Source of the DNA: an uncultured bacterium
GTDB lineage: Bacteria > Acidobacteriota > Thermoanaerobaculia > Multivoradales > JAHZIX01
Assembly (NCBI GenBank): GCA_965368975.1
Contig: CBDUPA010000014.1
Coordinates: 96,001-160,000 of the forward strand
Length of the DNA stretch: 64,000 bases
Reading direction: 5' to 3'
Notes under the pieces: model-generated
The model's input: the letters and a program-made list of their open reading frames with translations, nothing else
Database searches by the model: none
What the model was told of the DNA's origin: nothing
Shown here: piece by piece, positions 8,163-18,294 of the stretch
Layout of the letters: each line of letters opens with the position of its first letter
Position numbering within the stretch: position 1 is the stretch's first letter
Made by a program: the position numbers and the translations under genes

Positions 8163-9446
8163 CTATGGCGCCGGTGCCGCCAGGTCCCAGAGCAGCACTT
8201 CGATCTGCAGGCGGCCACCGCGCGTGCCCTGGACTTTGAGCGCGGTCGAGTAACTGTCGCCGGTGACCTCACTCGGCTGCAGGGTCATGGTGAAGCGGCG
8301 CTGACGGTCGGGCAGCAGGTCGGCGACGGTGTGCGAGACGTGCGTAATCTCGACACCCAGCGGTGCGCGGAGGCCAGACAGCCCGAGCAGGTTGAGCGGT
8401 AAAGTCAGTTCTTGCCCCGGTTCGATGTCGCTGTCGGCGATGGTCAGGTTGACCGCCACGTTGCGCAGCGGCCCGCTGGCGCGCAGAGCCTCATCCTCGA
8501 TGAAGATCTCCCGGCTGCCGAGCGGCGAGCGCGGCGCTAACGCCAGCAGGTGACGCGGCGATTCGGCGAGCAGTTGCAGCGTGGTACCGCCCACCGTCAC
8601 CTTGGTGGTGGTCAGGTCGCCGTCGAACGGACCGCGCATGGCGAAGGGTGCCTCGGCCTGGATACGCGCCGGCACCTCCGCTCCCTCAACCGCCGGCGGT
8701 GCCTCTCCGAGCACCGGCACGACGTTGGCCCCCAGCTGCGTGCCATCGGCGTTCCACAGGTCGACCGGTACCTGGAACTGCGCCTCCGCCGGGATCGTGC
8801 CTACCCAGCGACCGGCAGGGAACAGCGACAGACCTGCAGTGCTCACCGGCTGACCGGCGATGTCCAGACGGTAGCCGCGCAGGGCGTCGAGGTTGCGACT
8901 GCGCTGGCGCTCGGAATCCCCCGCCGGCAACAGGCGCAAGGTGCCGGACGCCTGCTCGCCGGGGCTCATGTCGAGCGGCAGATAGAGCACCAAGTCACCC
9001 GACATGACGCTGAACGTCAGCGTCTGGTAGCCGGAGCGCTCGATCAGCGCCGACGACACGACGTCCTCGGCTGATGGCCCCTCCTTACGGCTGCCCAACA
9101 CGTCACCGTCCGCCTCGGTCCACCACCAGCGGTCGAGGATCGGGGCGCTCGGACAGTTGTGGCGCAGCAACAAACGTGCGACACCGCCCGGCGCCACCTG
9201 GCCACGATACAGCCGCAGGTTGCCGCGAACACCGGCGTTGGCCTGGAAGGGGCCGCTGTTGGTGACACCGACCTCGCAGTCGTCGACATCGAACTCGATC
9301 ATCATGCCGGCGGCGGGAACGCTCTGCAGATTCTTGAAGGCCACCTGGAGGACCTGCGCCGCAGCGGAGACCTCGGTCAGAGCCACGATCAGGACCAGCG
9401 CCAAGATCACCGCGAATGTGCGCGGACCGTGGTGAACCCGGCTCAT
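8163..9446 (-). CDS. Secreted hypothetical protein, beta-rich (possible Ig/IPT-like domains)
   Basis: Signal peptide after MSRVHH; ATGA overlap with the upstream sixA-like gene. Confidence 0.65.
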   Translation of the reverse strand: MSRVHHGPRTFAVILALVLIVALTEVSAAAQVLQVAFKNLQSVPAAGMMIEFDVDDCEVGVTNSGPFQANAGVRGNLRLYRGQVAPGGVARLLLRHNCPSAPILDRWWWTEADGDVLGSRKEGPSAEDVVSSALIERSGYQTLTFSVMSGDLVLYLPLDMSPGEQASGTLRLLPAGDSERQRSRNLDALRGYRLDIAGQPVSTAGLSLFPAGRWVGTIPAEAQFQVPVDLWNADGTQLGANVVPVLGEAPPAVEGAEVPARIQAEAPFAMRGPFDGDLTTTKVTVGGTTLQLLAESPRHLLALAPRSPLGSREIFIEDEALRASGPLRNVAVNLTIADSDIEPGQELTLPLNLLGLSGLRAPLGVEITHVSHTVADLLPDRQRRFTMTLQPSEVTGDSYSTALKVQGTRGGRLQIEVLLWDLAAPAP

Positions 9447-10000
9447 ACCACACCTCCCGCGGTCGCTTCCAGATCTACTTCGCGCTGCACCAACGCCAGA
9501 TCGCGCAGCTGGTCCGCGGTCAGCGACCACTGCAGCACGGCAGCACCAGCCACCAACCCCTGCGGGAACTCGACCAGGCAGGCGCCGCCCTCCGAAATCG
9601 TGAGCAGACGCTTCTCGTTGCCGATGATCAGCCAGCCGGCGAGCAGACTGAGCGCGGGCTCGTGCCCCACCAGCGCAATCGTGTCGGCGCGCTTGCGCGT
9701 GCGTAGCCAGCGGACGGCAGCGATCGACGAGCTGGTGGGCGACAGGTCTGGTACCTGAACCACATCCAGGCCGTACTCCTGACCTAGGATCTCAGCCGTC
9801 TCCTGCGACCGCCGTAGCGGGCTACAGCCGAGCAAGTCGACATCGGGCACCTGACGTACCAACGCACGCGCGGTGTGCCGCATCGTCTCGCGCCCTTCCT
9901 CGGTCAACGGGCGCTGGTCGTCATGCTCGTCACCGAAGAGCGCGAAGGTCTCCGCGTCTTCCGCGATAGCGTGGTGGATGAACAGGATTCTTCGGGCCAT
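9443..10000 (-). CDS. sixA: SixA-like phosphohistidine phosphatase
   Basis: IHHAIAE, RPLTEEG, SPLRRSQETA, LVGHEP. Confidence 0.8.
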   Translation of the reverse strand: MARRILFIHHAIAEDAETFALFGDEHDDQRPLTEEGRETMRHTARALVRQVPDVDLLGCSPLRRSQETAEILGQEYGLDVVQVPDLSPTSSSIAAVRWLRTRKRADTIALVGHEPALSLLAGWLIIGNEKRLLTISEGGACLVEFPQGLVAGAAVLQWSLTADQLRDLALVQREVDLEATAGGVV

Positions 10001-10297
10001 AGCTGGACTCCGACTGGTTCATAGGAAGCGATTTCGGGTAGCCAGCAGCATATGATGGTGCTCCCCCCGCGATGATGACGACAGCTCTGACAGGCAGGCA
10101 AGCTCTGAGAGATTCGGGCTGCTTCTACTCCCAGAGGATTTATTAGTCTAACAGGCACCCGTCATGAGAAGAAAGGCCAGCTTCGACGGCCCGAGAGCCA
10201 CGACAGCCTCGAAACGTGACGCCGCAGCCGACAAAACGACCGGTAGCAGGGCCGATGCAGCGGCCTCGGCAACCACCATGAGAAAGGAATCGGAAAG

Positions 10298-10468
10298 ATG
10301 GCTACAGCCCCGGAATCTATGGTCTGCCTCGAGTGCGAGTCGCCGTGCTATGTCTTCGAGTGGCAGGGAGACAAGATCGTCGAGATCCTGTGCGAGGTCT
10401 GCGGCAATGAGGATCCGGACTCGTTCATGACCCAGGACGACCTGGACGCCATGCTATCCGCCGAATAG
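10298..10468 (+). CDS. 56-aa zinc-ribbon-like protein (below ORF-track cutoff)
   Basis: MATAPESMVCLECESPCYVFEW...ILCEVCGNEDPDSF; two CxxC pairs; AAAGGA upstream. Confidence 0.7.
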   Translation: MATAPESMVCLECESPCYVFEWQGDKIVEILCEVCGNEDPDSFMTQDDLDAMLSAE

Positions 10469-10529
10469 CTGTCAACCACGAGCTGCCACCCCAAGAGGGC
10501 CATCCGACCGCGACGGTCCGCGCCCAGCT

Positions 10530-11918
10530 TCACGCCGCCGATGACGCCGCGGCGGATCGCTCCGACATCGGCAGCCACAAGCGCACGAGGGTGCCACGAC
10601 CAAGCTCGCTCTCGACTTCCAGGCGGCCGTCGTGCGAGCGCGCAATGCGCTGCACGATGGGTAGACCCAGGCCGGTACCGCCTTTGCGTGTCGAGAAGAA
10701 GACTTCGAACATCTTCTGCCGGCTCTCCTCATCCAGACCAATACCGTTGTCCTCGACCTCCAAGGCCACCAGGCGGTCTTCGGTGCGCGCCCGCAACACC
10801 AACCGCGGCGGCCGGTCCTTCAGCCCCTCGGTGGCCGCCAGCGCATTGTGCAGCAGGTTGAGCAACAGCTGGCGCATCTGACCGGGATCGACGGTCACCT
10901 GGACGCCGTCGCTGAGATCCTCGACCGCCATCGCCACACCCCTCGCTTCCAGCTCGGCGGCCATCACCGCCAGCGTCGCGTCGAACAGCTCGATCGGCGT
11001 GCGTGCCTCACGCTCGAGCGGCCGCGAGCGTGCGTACGAGAGAAAGTCCGACACCAGTCTTTCGAGACGGTGAATCTCGCTGCGCGTAATCGCCAGCAAA
11101 CGCTGATTGGCCGGATTGGCTCCGCCCGCCGCGCTGTCGGCTTCGTCCTCCTGCAGCAGTTGCATGTTGAGGTTGAGCGAGTTGAGCGGGTTGCGGATCT
11201 CGTGCGCCAGACCAGCCGCCAGCGTACCGATATAGGCCAACCGCTCCGCCTCGCGCGCCTGGTCTTCGAGCCGCTGGGCGCGCTTCAGCACCAACCAGAC
11301 ACAGGCATAGGCGGCGGCCAATAGCACCAGGGTTCCGAGCCCGATCCACAGCGTCTTGCGCACCAGATCCCGGCGCAGCACCGACACCCGCTTTTCCAGC
11401 TGCACGCGATCGATTTGCAAACGCAGGGTTCCCAGCTCGCCGATGTCCTCGACCACCACGCTCGAGTCCAACTCGTGCTCTTCGAACTCCGAGATCTCGT
11501 GCCGCAGGCTCGGCCGTTCCTGCAGGCTTGGCGGCTGCAGCGTCTCGTCCTGTGACTCGGGAATCGTCGTGCGCGTGGTCTGGCGGAAGACCAACATACC
11601 TTCCTTGGTCATCACCTCGACGGTCTCGACGATATCCGTCTGCTGCAGCACTTCGTCGAGATAGGTCCGCGTTTCGCGCTGCGACGCCACCACATCGTAG
11701 AGGTCGCGATTCTCGGCGCTGGCGGCGTCGGCCAGCCGGCGCGCCAGCTCACTGGCGTCCTGCCGCGTATCCAGCAGCACTCGGTCGATCTCGCGCTGCG
11801 ACAAGGACCGGAACACCAGCCAGCCGAAGAGCACGATATCGCAGAGCACGAAGAGGCCGAAGAGCACGGAGACCCAGAGCAATCGGCGACGAAAGGTCGA
11901 CGGCGCGATGTCGCTCAT
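10530..11918 (-). CDS. Membrane sensor histidine kinase
   Basis: Two TMs; H-box LAHEIRNPL, N-box NLLHNA, DNGIG, GTGLGL. Confidence 0.95.
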   Translation of the reverse strand: MSDIAPSTFRRRLLWVSVLFGLFVLCDIVLFGWLVFRSLSQREIDRVLLDTRQDASELARRLADAASAENRDLYDVVASQRETRTYLDEVLQQTDIVETVEVMTKEGMLVFRQTTRTTIPESQDETLQPPSLQERPSLRHEISEFEEHELDSSVVVEDIGELGTLRLQIDRVQLEKRVSVLRRDLVRKTLWIGLGTLVLLAAAYACVWLVLKRAQRLEDQAREAERLAYIGTLAAGLAHEIRNPLNSLNLNMQLLQEDEADSAAGGANPANQRLLAITRSEIHRLERLVSDFLSYARSRPLEREARTPIELFDATLAVMAAELEARGVAMAVEDLSDGVQVTVDPGQMRQLLLNLLHNALAATEGLKDRPPRLVLRARTEDRLVALEVEDNGIGLDEESRQKMFEVFFSTRKGGTGLGLPIVQRIARSHDGRLEVESELGRGTLVRLWLPMSERSAAASSAA

Positions 11919-12092
11919 GGCCGCGAGAATACACGAAAAGACGCAGCACGGCGGAGAAGTCCACGAAAGTGCCTGATTGTCGACCAGGAGGCCGGTAAAA
12001 GTTCCGCGAAAGCGGACCTCATGGAGGGTCGTCTATTTGACCGCCCGCGGGCAGTCGAGTACCATCCCGATACATGATCTCACTGTTGTGTC

Positions 12093-13907
12093 ATGGGCCT
12101 GCTATCTTCCCCAACCTCACCGCCTTGTCCCGCCTCCGCGGTCCCCGTCCCGGGGCTGGCAGCGCAGCGAGTACGGCTGGGCCCTAGGTTGCTGATTCCC
12201 GCATCTCTCACCCACCCTCTTCGCCGCCAGCGACTCCACTCCTCGTGGACACGACGGGCCGGCATTGCGGGTTGCTGTGCGCTGCTGCTGCTCGGACTCG
12301 CTTGCGGCTCGAAGCCCGAAGCCGAATCTGGAGAGCAGAAGCCCGCGACCGACCACGTCACCCTGGCGCCGCGCCAGGGCGGTACCGTCGTGATCGCCTA
12401 CTCCAGCGACATCGACGGCGTCAACGAGCTGGTCCACGGCAGCACGCAGCCGATGCGCCACGTGCTCGAACAAATGTTCCTGCGGCTGCTCCACGAACAA
12501 CCCGACTTCACCGAGCAGCCGCCGACCTTCGAGCCTCGCTTGGCCGAGTCCTACGAATTCTCCGACGACCACCTGACCCTCACCTTCCGGCTGCGCCGTA
12601 ACGCCGTGTGGAGCGACGGGGTGCCGATCACCGCCGAGGATGTGCGCTGGACCTGGCAGGCTCAGAACCACCCCGCGGTCGCTTGGGACAACGTGGTCAT
12701 GAAGGCCAGCATCCGCGATGTCGAGGTCGTCGACCCCTACACCGTGCGCTACCACTTCACGCACGCCTATCCAGGGCAACTCGTGCACGCCAACGAGGGC
12801 AACATCCTGCCCAAGCACGCCTGGAGTCAGCTGCCGTTCGACCGCTGGCGTCAAGAGGCTGACTGGTTCACCGACCACCTCGTCGTCTCGGGCCCGTTCC
12901 GCCTCGCTTCCTGGCGCCCCAACCAGGACATCGTGCTCGAGCCCAACGAGCGGTACTTCGAAGACGACATTCCCTACCTCGACCGCGTCGTCTTCCGCAT
13001 CCTGCCGGACCCGGCGGCGCAGTACCAAGCGTTCCTCAGCGGTGAAGTCGACTTCCTGCGCCAACTCACCGCCTCGACCGCCCTGGAAGTGACCAATCGT
13101 CCCGGCAACCGCCTGATCACCTTCTACCCACCAGCCTACTGTTCCGTGATCTGGAACCTGCGCCGGCCGCAGTTCCAAGACGCCCGAGTGCGCCGAGCTC
13201 TGACGCTCGGAATCGACCGGCAGGCCATCGTCGACACACTGTGGTTTGGCTTCGCCCAGATTGGCAGCTCACCAGTGATCTCGACACTGTGGGGCCACAA
13301 GCGCGACCTGCCCCCCTTGCCCTACGACCCCGAGCGCGCCCGCGGCCTGCTCGACGAGGCCGGCTGGATCGACCGTGATGGCAACGGCGTGCGCGAGAAT
13401 AGCGATGGCGTCCAGCTGACCTTCGACCTGCTGGTCAACGCCGGCAACAACGAGCGCAAGAACGCCGCCGAAATGATCCAGCAGCAGCTGCGTCAGGTCG
13501 GCATCGAGGCTCGCCCGCGCACCCTCGACTGGAACACCGTCGGCGCACGCTTGGAAAGCCGCAACTTCGACGCCACGATCGTCGCGCTCGGTGTCGAGAC
13601 CAGCATCGACCTCAGCTCCACCTTCCACAGCCGCGGCGTCGAGCACGAACTCAACTACAGCGGCTACGCCGATGACGAGGCCGATCGGCTGCTCGACGAG
13701 GCACGCCAGCAGGTGCAACTGCAAGACACCCTGCCCTACTTGCACCAGTTGCAGGAGCTGCTGCACCGGGACCAGCCGGTCACCTTGCTGTGGGAGTCAC
13801 AGCGCCTGATCGGTATCAAAGAGCGCGTGCACGGCGCCGAGCCCAACGCCCTCAGCGACCTCGACAACCTGCGCTATTGGTGGGTGGCGGACGCCCCCGC
13901 CGACTGA
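12093..13907 (+). CDS. Peptide/nickel ABC transporter substrate-binding lipoprotein (family 5); start uncertain
   Basis: LLGLAC lipobox, WSDGVPITAEDV, SGPF, VRRALTLGIDR. Confidence 0.92.
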   Translation: MGLLSSPTSPPCPASAVPVPGLAAQRVRLGPRLLIPASLTHPLRRQRLHSSWTRRAGIAGCCALLLLGLACGSKPEAESGEQKPATDHVTLAPRQGGTVVIAYSSDIDGVNELVHGSTQPMRHVLEQMFLRLLHEQPDFTEQPPTFEPRLAESYEFSDDHLTLTFRLRRNAVWSDGVPITAEDVRWTWQAQNHPAVAWDNVVMKASIRDVEVVDPYTVRYHFTHAYPGQLVHANEGNILPKHAWSQLPFDRWRQEADWFTDHLVVSGPFRLASWRPNQDIVLEPNERYFEDDIPYLDRVVFRILPDPAAQYQAFLSGEVDFLRQLTASTALEVTNRPGNRLITFYPPAYCSVIWNLRRPQFQDARVRRALTLGIDRQAIVDTLWFGFAQIGSSPVISTLWGHKRDLPPLPYDPERARGLLDEAGWIDRDGNGVRENSDGVQLTFDLLVNAGNNERKNAAEMIQQQLRQVGIEARPRTLDWNTVGARLESRNFDATIVALGVETSIDLSSTFHSRGVEHELNYSGYADDEADRLLDEARQQVQLQDTLPYLHQLQELLHRDQPVTLLWESQRLIGIKERVHGAEPNALSDLDNLRYWWVADAPAD

Positions 13908-13922
13908 GTCGAGTCGACCGCC

Positions 13923-14915
13923 GTGACCGCCTACCTGCTGCGGCGCCTGGCGGCCTCCCTGCTGCTGGTCTTCCTCGTCCTCACCGCCTCCTTCTTCCTC
14001 ATTCGCATCGCTCCCGGCGGTCCCCTGGCGCTCTACGAGGCGTCGCAACTCAATAGCGAGCAGACGCAGGTTCTCCGCCAGCTCTACGGTCTCGACCGTC
14101 CCTTGGTCGAGCAATATGTACGCTGGCTCGGCACTCTGCTGCTCGAAGGCGAGTGGGGCACCTCCTTCCAGTACCACCGTCCGGCGCTGCAAGTTCTCTG
14201 GCAGACCATCCCCTACTCCTTCGTGCTGGCCTGCAGCGCCCTCTTCCTGCAGTACGTCTTCGGCATCCTGCTCGGTGTCGCCGCGGCGCGCAAGCCGGGC
14301 AGCTGGGTCGACCAGTCCGTACGCCTGATGTCGATGGGCCTCTACTCCGTGCCCCTCTTCTGGCTGGCGCTGATGGCCATCCTGGTGTTCCACGTCTGGT
14401 GGGGCCTGGTGCCCGGCGGTGGCGCCACCTCCGTCGGCATCGACAGCATGGCCATGTGGCCGGCCTTGCTCGACCGCCTGCACCACTTGGCCCTACCCGC
14501 GATCGTGCTCGGCGTCACCTCCGCCGGCGCCCTGGCGCGCTTCGTGCGCAACAGCCTGATCGACAACCTGAGTCAAGACCACGTGCGCACCGCACGCGCC
14601 AAGGGCCTGTCCGAAAGCCGCGTGCTGTGGATGCACGGCGTGCGCAACTCGCTGGTGCCGCTGGTCCAGTTGCTCGGCTTCGCCCTGCCGCGCCTGCTCA
14701 ACGGCGTGCTGGTCGTCGAAGTCGTCTTCGCTTGGCCCGGGCTCGGGCGCGTCATGTTCGACGCCAGCATGGCGCGCGACTACCCGCTCATCCTCGCCGG
14801 TACCGTCTTTAGCGCGACCCTTGTGATCGCTTCCAACCTGCTCGCCGACGGCCTCCACATGCTCGCCGATCCGCGCGTCCGGCACGCGCACGCCCAACCG
14901 GGACTCCAGGGATGA
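13923..14915 (+). CDS. ABC transporter permease (OppB/DppB type)
   Basis: YGLDRPL..QY, TARAKGL, EVVFAWPGLG. Confidence 0.95.
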   Translation: MTAYLLRRLAASLLLVFLVLTASFFLIRIAPGGPLALYEASQLNSEQTQVLRQLYGLDRPLVEQYVRWLGTLLLEGEWGTSFQYHRPALQVLWQTIPYSFVLACSALFLQYVFGILLGVAAARKPGSWVDQSVRLMSMGLYSVPLFWLALMAILVFHVWWGLVPGGGATSVGIDSMAMWPALLDRLHHLALPAIVLGVTSAGALARFVRNSLIDNLSQDHVRTARAKGLSESRVLWMHGVRNSLVPLVQLLGFALPRLLNGVLVVEVVFAWPGLGRVMFDASMARDYPLILAGTVFSATLVIASNLLADGLHMLADPRVRHAHAQPGLQG

Positions 14916-15967
14916 GTGACGCCGCCCTCACTCCCCTTGACCCGCTCCCCGTCGAGCCCCCCTACAGGCGCCCCTGGATTTCACCTGCCTGGCGTAGCTC
15001 CCTGCTACCCGGCCTGATCCTGCTCGCCCTCCCCGTCCTGCTGGCCCTGCTGCCTCCCTCCGTCGATCCAGCGCAGATGGTCGACCCGGCCGTCAGTCGC
15101 CACCGGCCCCCCGGCACGGTGCTGTGGGAACTGCACCAGGAGGACGGTCGCGTGCTGCTGGCCGAAGAGGTCCACGTCGATGGCGATCGACTCCTCCTGC
15201 TCAGCCGCGGTCAGCAACGCGACATCGCCCGCGCCTCCATCACCAACCTCGACGGAGATGGCCATCCCACCGACCGCCGCCGCTACTGGCTGGGCTCCGA
15301 CCAGCTCGGCCGCGACGTCGCCGCCCGCCTCGTCGTCGGTGCGCGCATTTCCCTGCTGCTCGGCGTGCTATCCGTCTTCGTCGCCATGATCATCGGCGTC
15401 GCCATCGGTGCTCTGTCGGCCAGTGGCGGCCCCTGGCTCGATAGCACCCTGATGCGCCTGGTGGATGCCTGCATGGCCTTCCCACAACTCTTCCTCCTCA
15501 TCGCCCTCGCCGCAGTGCTGCAACCCACTACTTGGGTCGTCGTCCTGTTCATCGGCGGCACCAGCTGGATGCGCATCAGCCGCCTCACCCGTGCTGAACT
15601 GCTCGGCCTGCGCAACCAAGACTTCGTCCTCGCCGCCCGCGGCATCGGCCAGCGTCCCTCCCGCATCCTGCTGCGCCACCTGCTGCCCAACGCGCTCACG
15701 CCCCTGGTCGTCGAAGCGACACTGATGATCGGCGACGTCATTCTGGTCGAGACCGCCCTCTCCTTCTTCGGCTTCGGCGTCCAGCCCCCCACCCCCAGCT
15801 GGGGCAGCATGATCAACGACGGCCGCGCCGCCCTCGGCGCCGCCCCCTGGGTCTCCCTGCTCCCCGGCATCGCCATCATGATCACCGTCATCGCCTTCAA
15901 CCTAGTAGGCGACGGTCTACGCGACTGGCTCGACCCCAAAAACCACGACAACACCCCTCGCACCTGA
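14912..15967 (+). CDS. ABC transporter permease (OppC/DppC type)
   Basis: LGSDQLGRD, HLLPN, PSWGSMI, GDGLRD. Confidence 0.93.
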   Translation: MSDAALTPLDPLPVEPPYRRPWISPAWRSSLLPGLILLALPVLLALLPPSVDPAQMVDPAVSRHRPPGTVLWELHQEDGRVLLAEEVHVDGDRLLLLSRGQQRDIARASITNLDGDGHPTDRRRYWLGSDQLGRDVAARLVVGARISLLLGVLSVFVAMIIGVAIGALSASGGPWLDSTLMRLVDACMAFPQLFLLIALAAVLQPTTWVVVLFIGGTSWMRISRLTRAELLGLRNQDFVLAARGIGQRPSRILLRHLLPNALTPLVVEATLMIGDVILVETALSFFGFGVQPPTPSWGSMINDGRAALGAAPWVSLLPGIAIMITVIAFNLVGDGLRDWLDPKNHDNTPRT

Positions 15968-15996
15968 GCTCGCCCCTACGTCCTGGACTCACTGCC

Positions 15997-17043
15997 ATGC
16001 GCACCGACGATTTCGACTACGTTCTGCCCCCCGAACGCATCGCCCAGCATCCCCTGCCAAGAGGTGCCAGCCGATTATTGGTGCTCGACGGCGACACCTG
16101 CAAACACCAGCAAGTGAGCGACTTACCCGAGCTTCTCCAGCCCGGCGACCTGCTCGTCGTCAACAACACCCGTGTCATCCCCGCCCGTCTCTTCGCCCAG
16201 CGCCCCGACACCGGTGGCCGCCTCGAGTTGCTGCTCCTCGAACCCGATAGCCGCGACAGCGCAACCTGGACCGCCCTCGCCAAGCCCGCCAAGAAAGCCC
16301 CACCCGGCCGCTGCTTCCAGCTGCTCGACCACGGTGGCGAACTATCAGAGATCGAGCTAGAGATCGTCGAGCGCGGCGAAGAAGGTCGCGTCCGTGTCCG
16401 CTTCTCCGAAGCGATCGAGCCGTACTTACAGCACCTGGGCCACGTCCCCTTGCCGCCCTACATCCAGCGCTGCGACGACGAGGAAGACCGCGAACGCTAC
16501 CAGACCGTCTATGCCCGCCACGACGGCTCCGTCGCGGCTCCGACGGCGGGACTGCACCTGAGTGAAAGCCTGCTGGAAGAGTTGGCGGAAGCCGGTGTGC
16601 AGACGGCGGAAGTGACGCTGCACGTCGGTATCGGAACGTTCCGTCCGGTGAACGTCGAGAAGGCGGAAGATCACCAGATGGACGCGGAGCGCTACGAGAT
16701 TTCCGAAGTAGCGGCGGCGGCGATCGAGCGGACGCGGCGGGAGGGCGGAAAGGTCGTGGCGGTGGGAACGACGGTGGTGCGGACGCTCGAAAGTGCGGCG
16801 CGCGAGGATGGGACGGTGCAGACTGGAACCGGGTCGACGCGGTTGTACATCCGTCCGGGTTTCGAATTTCGCGTCGTGGATCGGTTGCTGACGAATTTTC
16901 ACCTGCCGAAGTCGACGCTGCTGATGTTGGTGAGTGCTTTGGCGGGGCGGGAGCGGGTGCTGGCGGCGTATGCGGAGGCGGTCGAGAGGGAGTATCGGTT
17001 TTATTCGTATGGGGATGCGATGTTGGTGGGGCGAGAGGGGTGA
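15997..17043 (+). CDS. queA: S-adenosylmethionine:tRNA ribosyltransferase-isomerase
   Basis: FDYVLP, NNTRVIPARL, PLPPYI, YQTVYA, AAPTAGLH, TNFHLPKSTL, YSYGDAM. Confidence 0.98.
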   Translation: MRTDDFDYVLPPERIAQHPLPRGASRLLVLDGDTCKHQQVSDLPELLQPGDLLVVNNTRVIPARLFAQRPDTGGRLELLLLEPDSRDSATWTALAKPAKKAPPGRCFQLLDHGGELSEIELEIVERGEEGRVRVRFSEAIEPYLQHLGHVPLPPYIQRCDDEEDRERYQTVYARHDGSVAAPTAGLHLSESLLEELAEAGVQTAEVTLHVGIGTFRPVNVEKAEDHQMDAERYEISEVAAAAIERTRREGGKVVAVGTTVVRTLESAAREDGTVQTGTGSTRLYIRPGFEFRVVDRLLTNFHLPKSTLLMLVSALAGRERVLAAYAEAVEREYRFYSYGDAMLVGREG

Positions 17044-17060
17044 CCTGAGCCTGAATCCAG

Positions 17061-17100
17061 CAGGCTCTCTGGGTAGGGGTAGGCCCATGTGCCTACCCTG
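17061..17100 (+). repeat. GTAG-type REP-like hairpin
   Basis: CTCTGGGTAGGGGTAGGCCCATGTGCCTACCCTG; the 13-mer CTCTGGGTAGGGG recurs at 18292-18304 (inverted) and 40058-40070. Confidence 0.7.
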
Positions 17101-17160
17101 AGCGGGCGGGGGAATCTCCAGCGGTATCGGCATCTCTGTCGAACTCTGCCCGGGCTAGCC

Positions 17161-17466
17161 AAGTACCTGGCACCTCGCCTGGGTCACGCCATAGACACTG
17201 ATTCCCAAGTCTGCGTAACCCACCTCAGAGTTCAACATCACAACTCGCCGACGCGGAGCACCCTATGGCCTCAAGTCGACTTCGGGCTACCTTCAAGTGG
17301 ATTGCCCTAGTAGTACTCCTGTTGTTCCTCGGCAGCTGCGCCAACTATTTCTGGAACGCCAAGCAGAAGCTGGACCGCAAGGTCACCGTAACCCGCATGA
17401 TGGAACTCGCGAATGGCATGGTGCAAGTTTGGTGAGCAGAGCAAATCGAGAGAAGTACCTGGCACC
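17161..17466 (+). repeat. 14-bp direct repeat AAGTACCTGGCACC (17161-17174, 17453-17466)
   Basis: Read directly; shares the CTGGCACC core with the transposase end motif. Confidence 0.85.
17265..17435 (+). CDS. 56-aa putative lipoprotein or truncated pseudopilin-like ORF
   Basis: GGAG RBS; MASSRLRATFKWIALVVLLLFLGSCANYF...; flanked by 14-bp direct repeats. Confidence 0.45.
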   Translation: MASSRLRATFKWIALVVLLLFLGSCANYFWNAKQKLDRKVTVTRMMELANGMVQVW

Positions 17467-17691
17467 CCTAGACACAACCCGCTCTTAAGCCAGCTCGTAC
17501 TTGAGATCACACCGGAGGGCAAGTACACTGTTCGCAGTAGATCTAATTTCAGAAAGGCGAGAGCCTCAACGAGAGACTGATCGAGAGATACACCTTCAAA
17601 TTGGTCAAGAATTTTGACCCAGAGATCTTGAAACATAAGGCGATTGCAATAGAAATAATTAGAGATAAGACAACACTGGAGGGCACAAAGA

Positions 17692-18276
17692 ATGTCTCAA
17701 CAAGCCCGGTCACATCTCCCAGAAGATCTCTTTCAACGATTCCACAGACCCCTGACCCGCTTTTTCCGGCGCAAGGGAGCGTCACCCGAAGAGAGTGAAG
17801 ACCTGACGCAAGACATTTTCCTACGCATCCTCAAGACGACTTCGACCTTCCGAGAAGACTCAGACCTCGAAACGTGGCTGTTTCGTATAGCCCGAAACCG
17901 CTGGTTCAACCACCTGCGTGACCGCAACACTCTCAAGCGCGGCGCACCGGAAGTACCTCTCGATCTGGGAAATGAAGATTCTGACTGTGACCTCCCGATT
18001 GCCGCAGATGTCCAGACGGAACCCGACCCCGAGACACGCCTGCTGCGCCGGGAGACTGTCGAACACGTTCAGGGTGCTGTGCGTCAGCTATCACCGAGAA
18101 TGCAGGAGTGCTGCCTTCTGCGGCTGCGCGACCTCAAATACGAAGAGATCGCCGGTGAGATGTCCGTGCCACTCCAAACCGTCCGCTCTCAACTCTTCCA
18201 GGCGCGTCAACGTCTTAAAGAAACGTTGTCGACTGTTGACGCGATCGGCTTTTCGGTCCAATCTGAAAGAAAATAG
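17692..18276 (+). CDS. ECF sigma factor
   Basis: EDLTQDIF, TWLFRIARN, YEEIA...TVRSQLFQARQRL; GGAGG RBS. Confidence 0.93.
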   Translation: MSQQARSHLPEDLFQRFHRPLTRFFRRKGASPEESEDLTQDIFLRILKTTSTFREDSDLETWLFRIARNRWFNHLRDRNTLKRGAPEVPLDLGNEDSDCDLPIAADVQTEPDPETRLLRRETVEHVQGAVRQLSPRMQECCLLRLRDLKYEEIAGEMSVPLQTVRSQLFQARQRLKETLSTVDAIGFSVQSERK

Positions 18277-18294
18277 TAGCGTAGCCTCGTGCCC

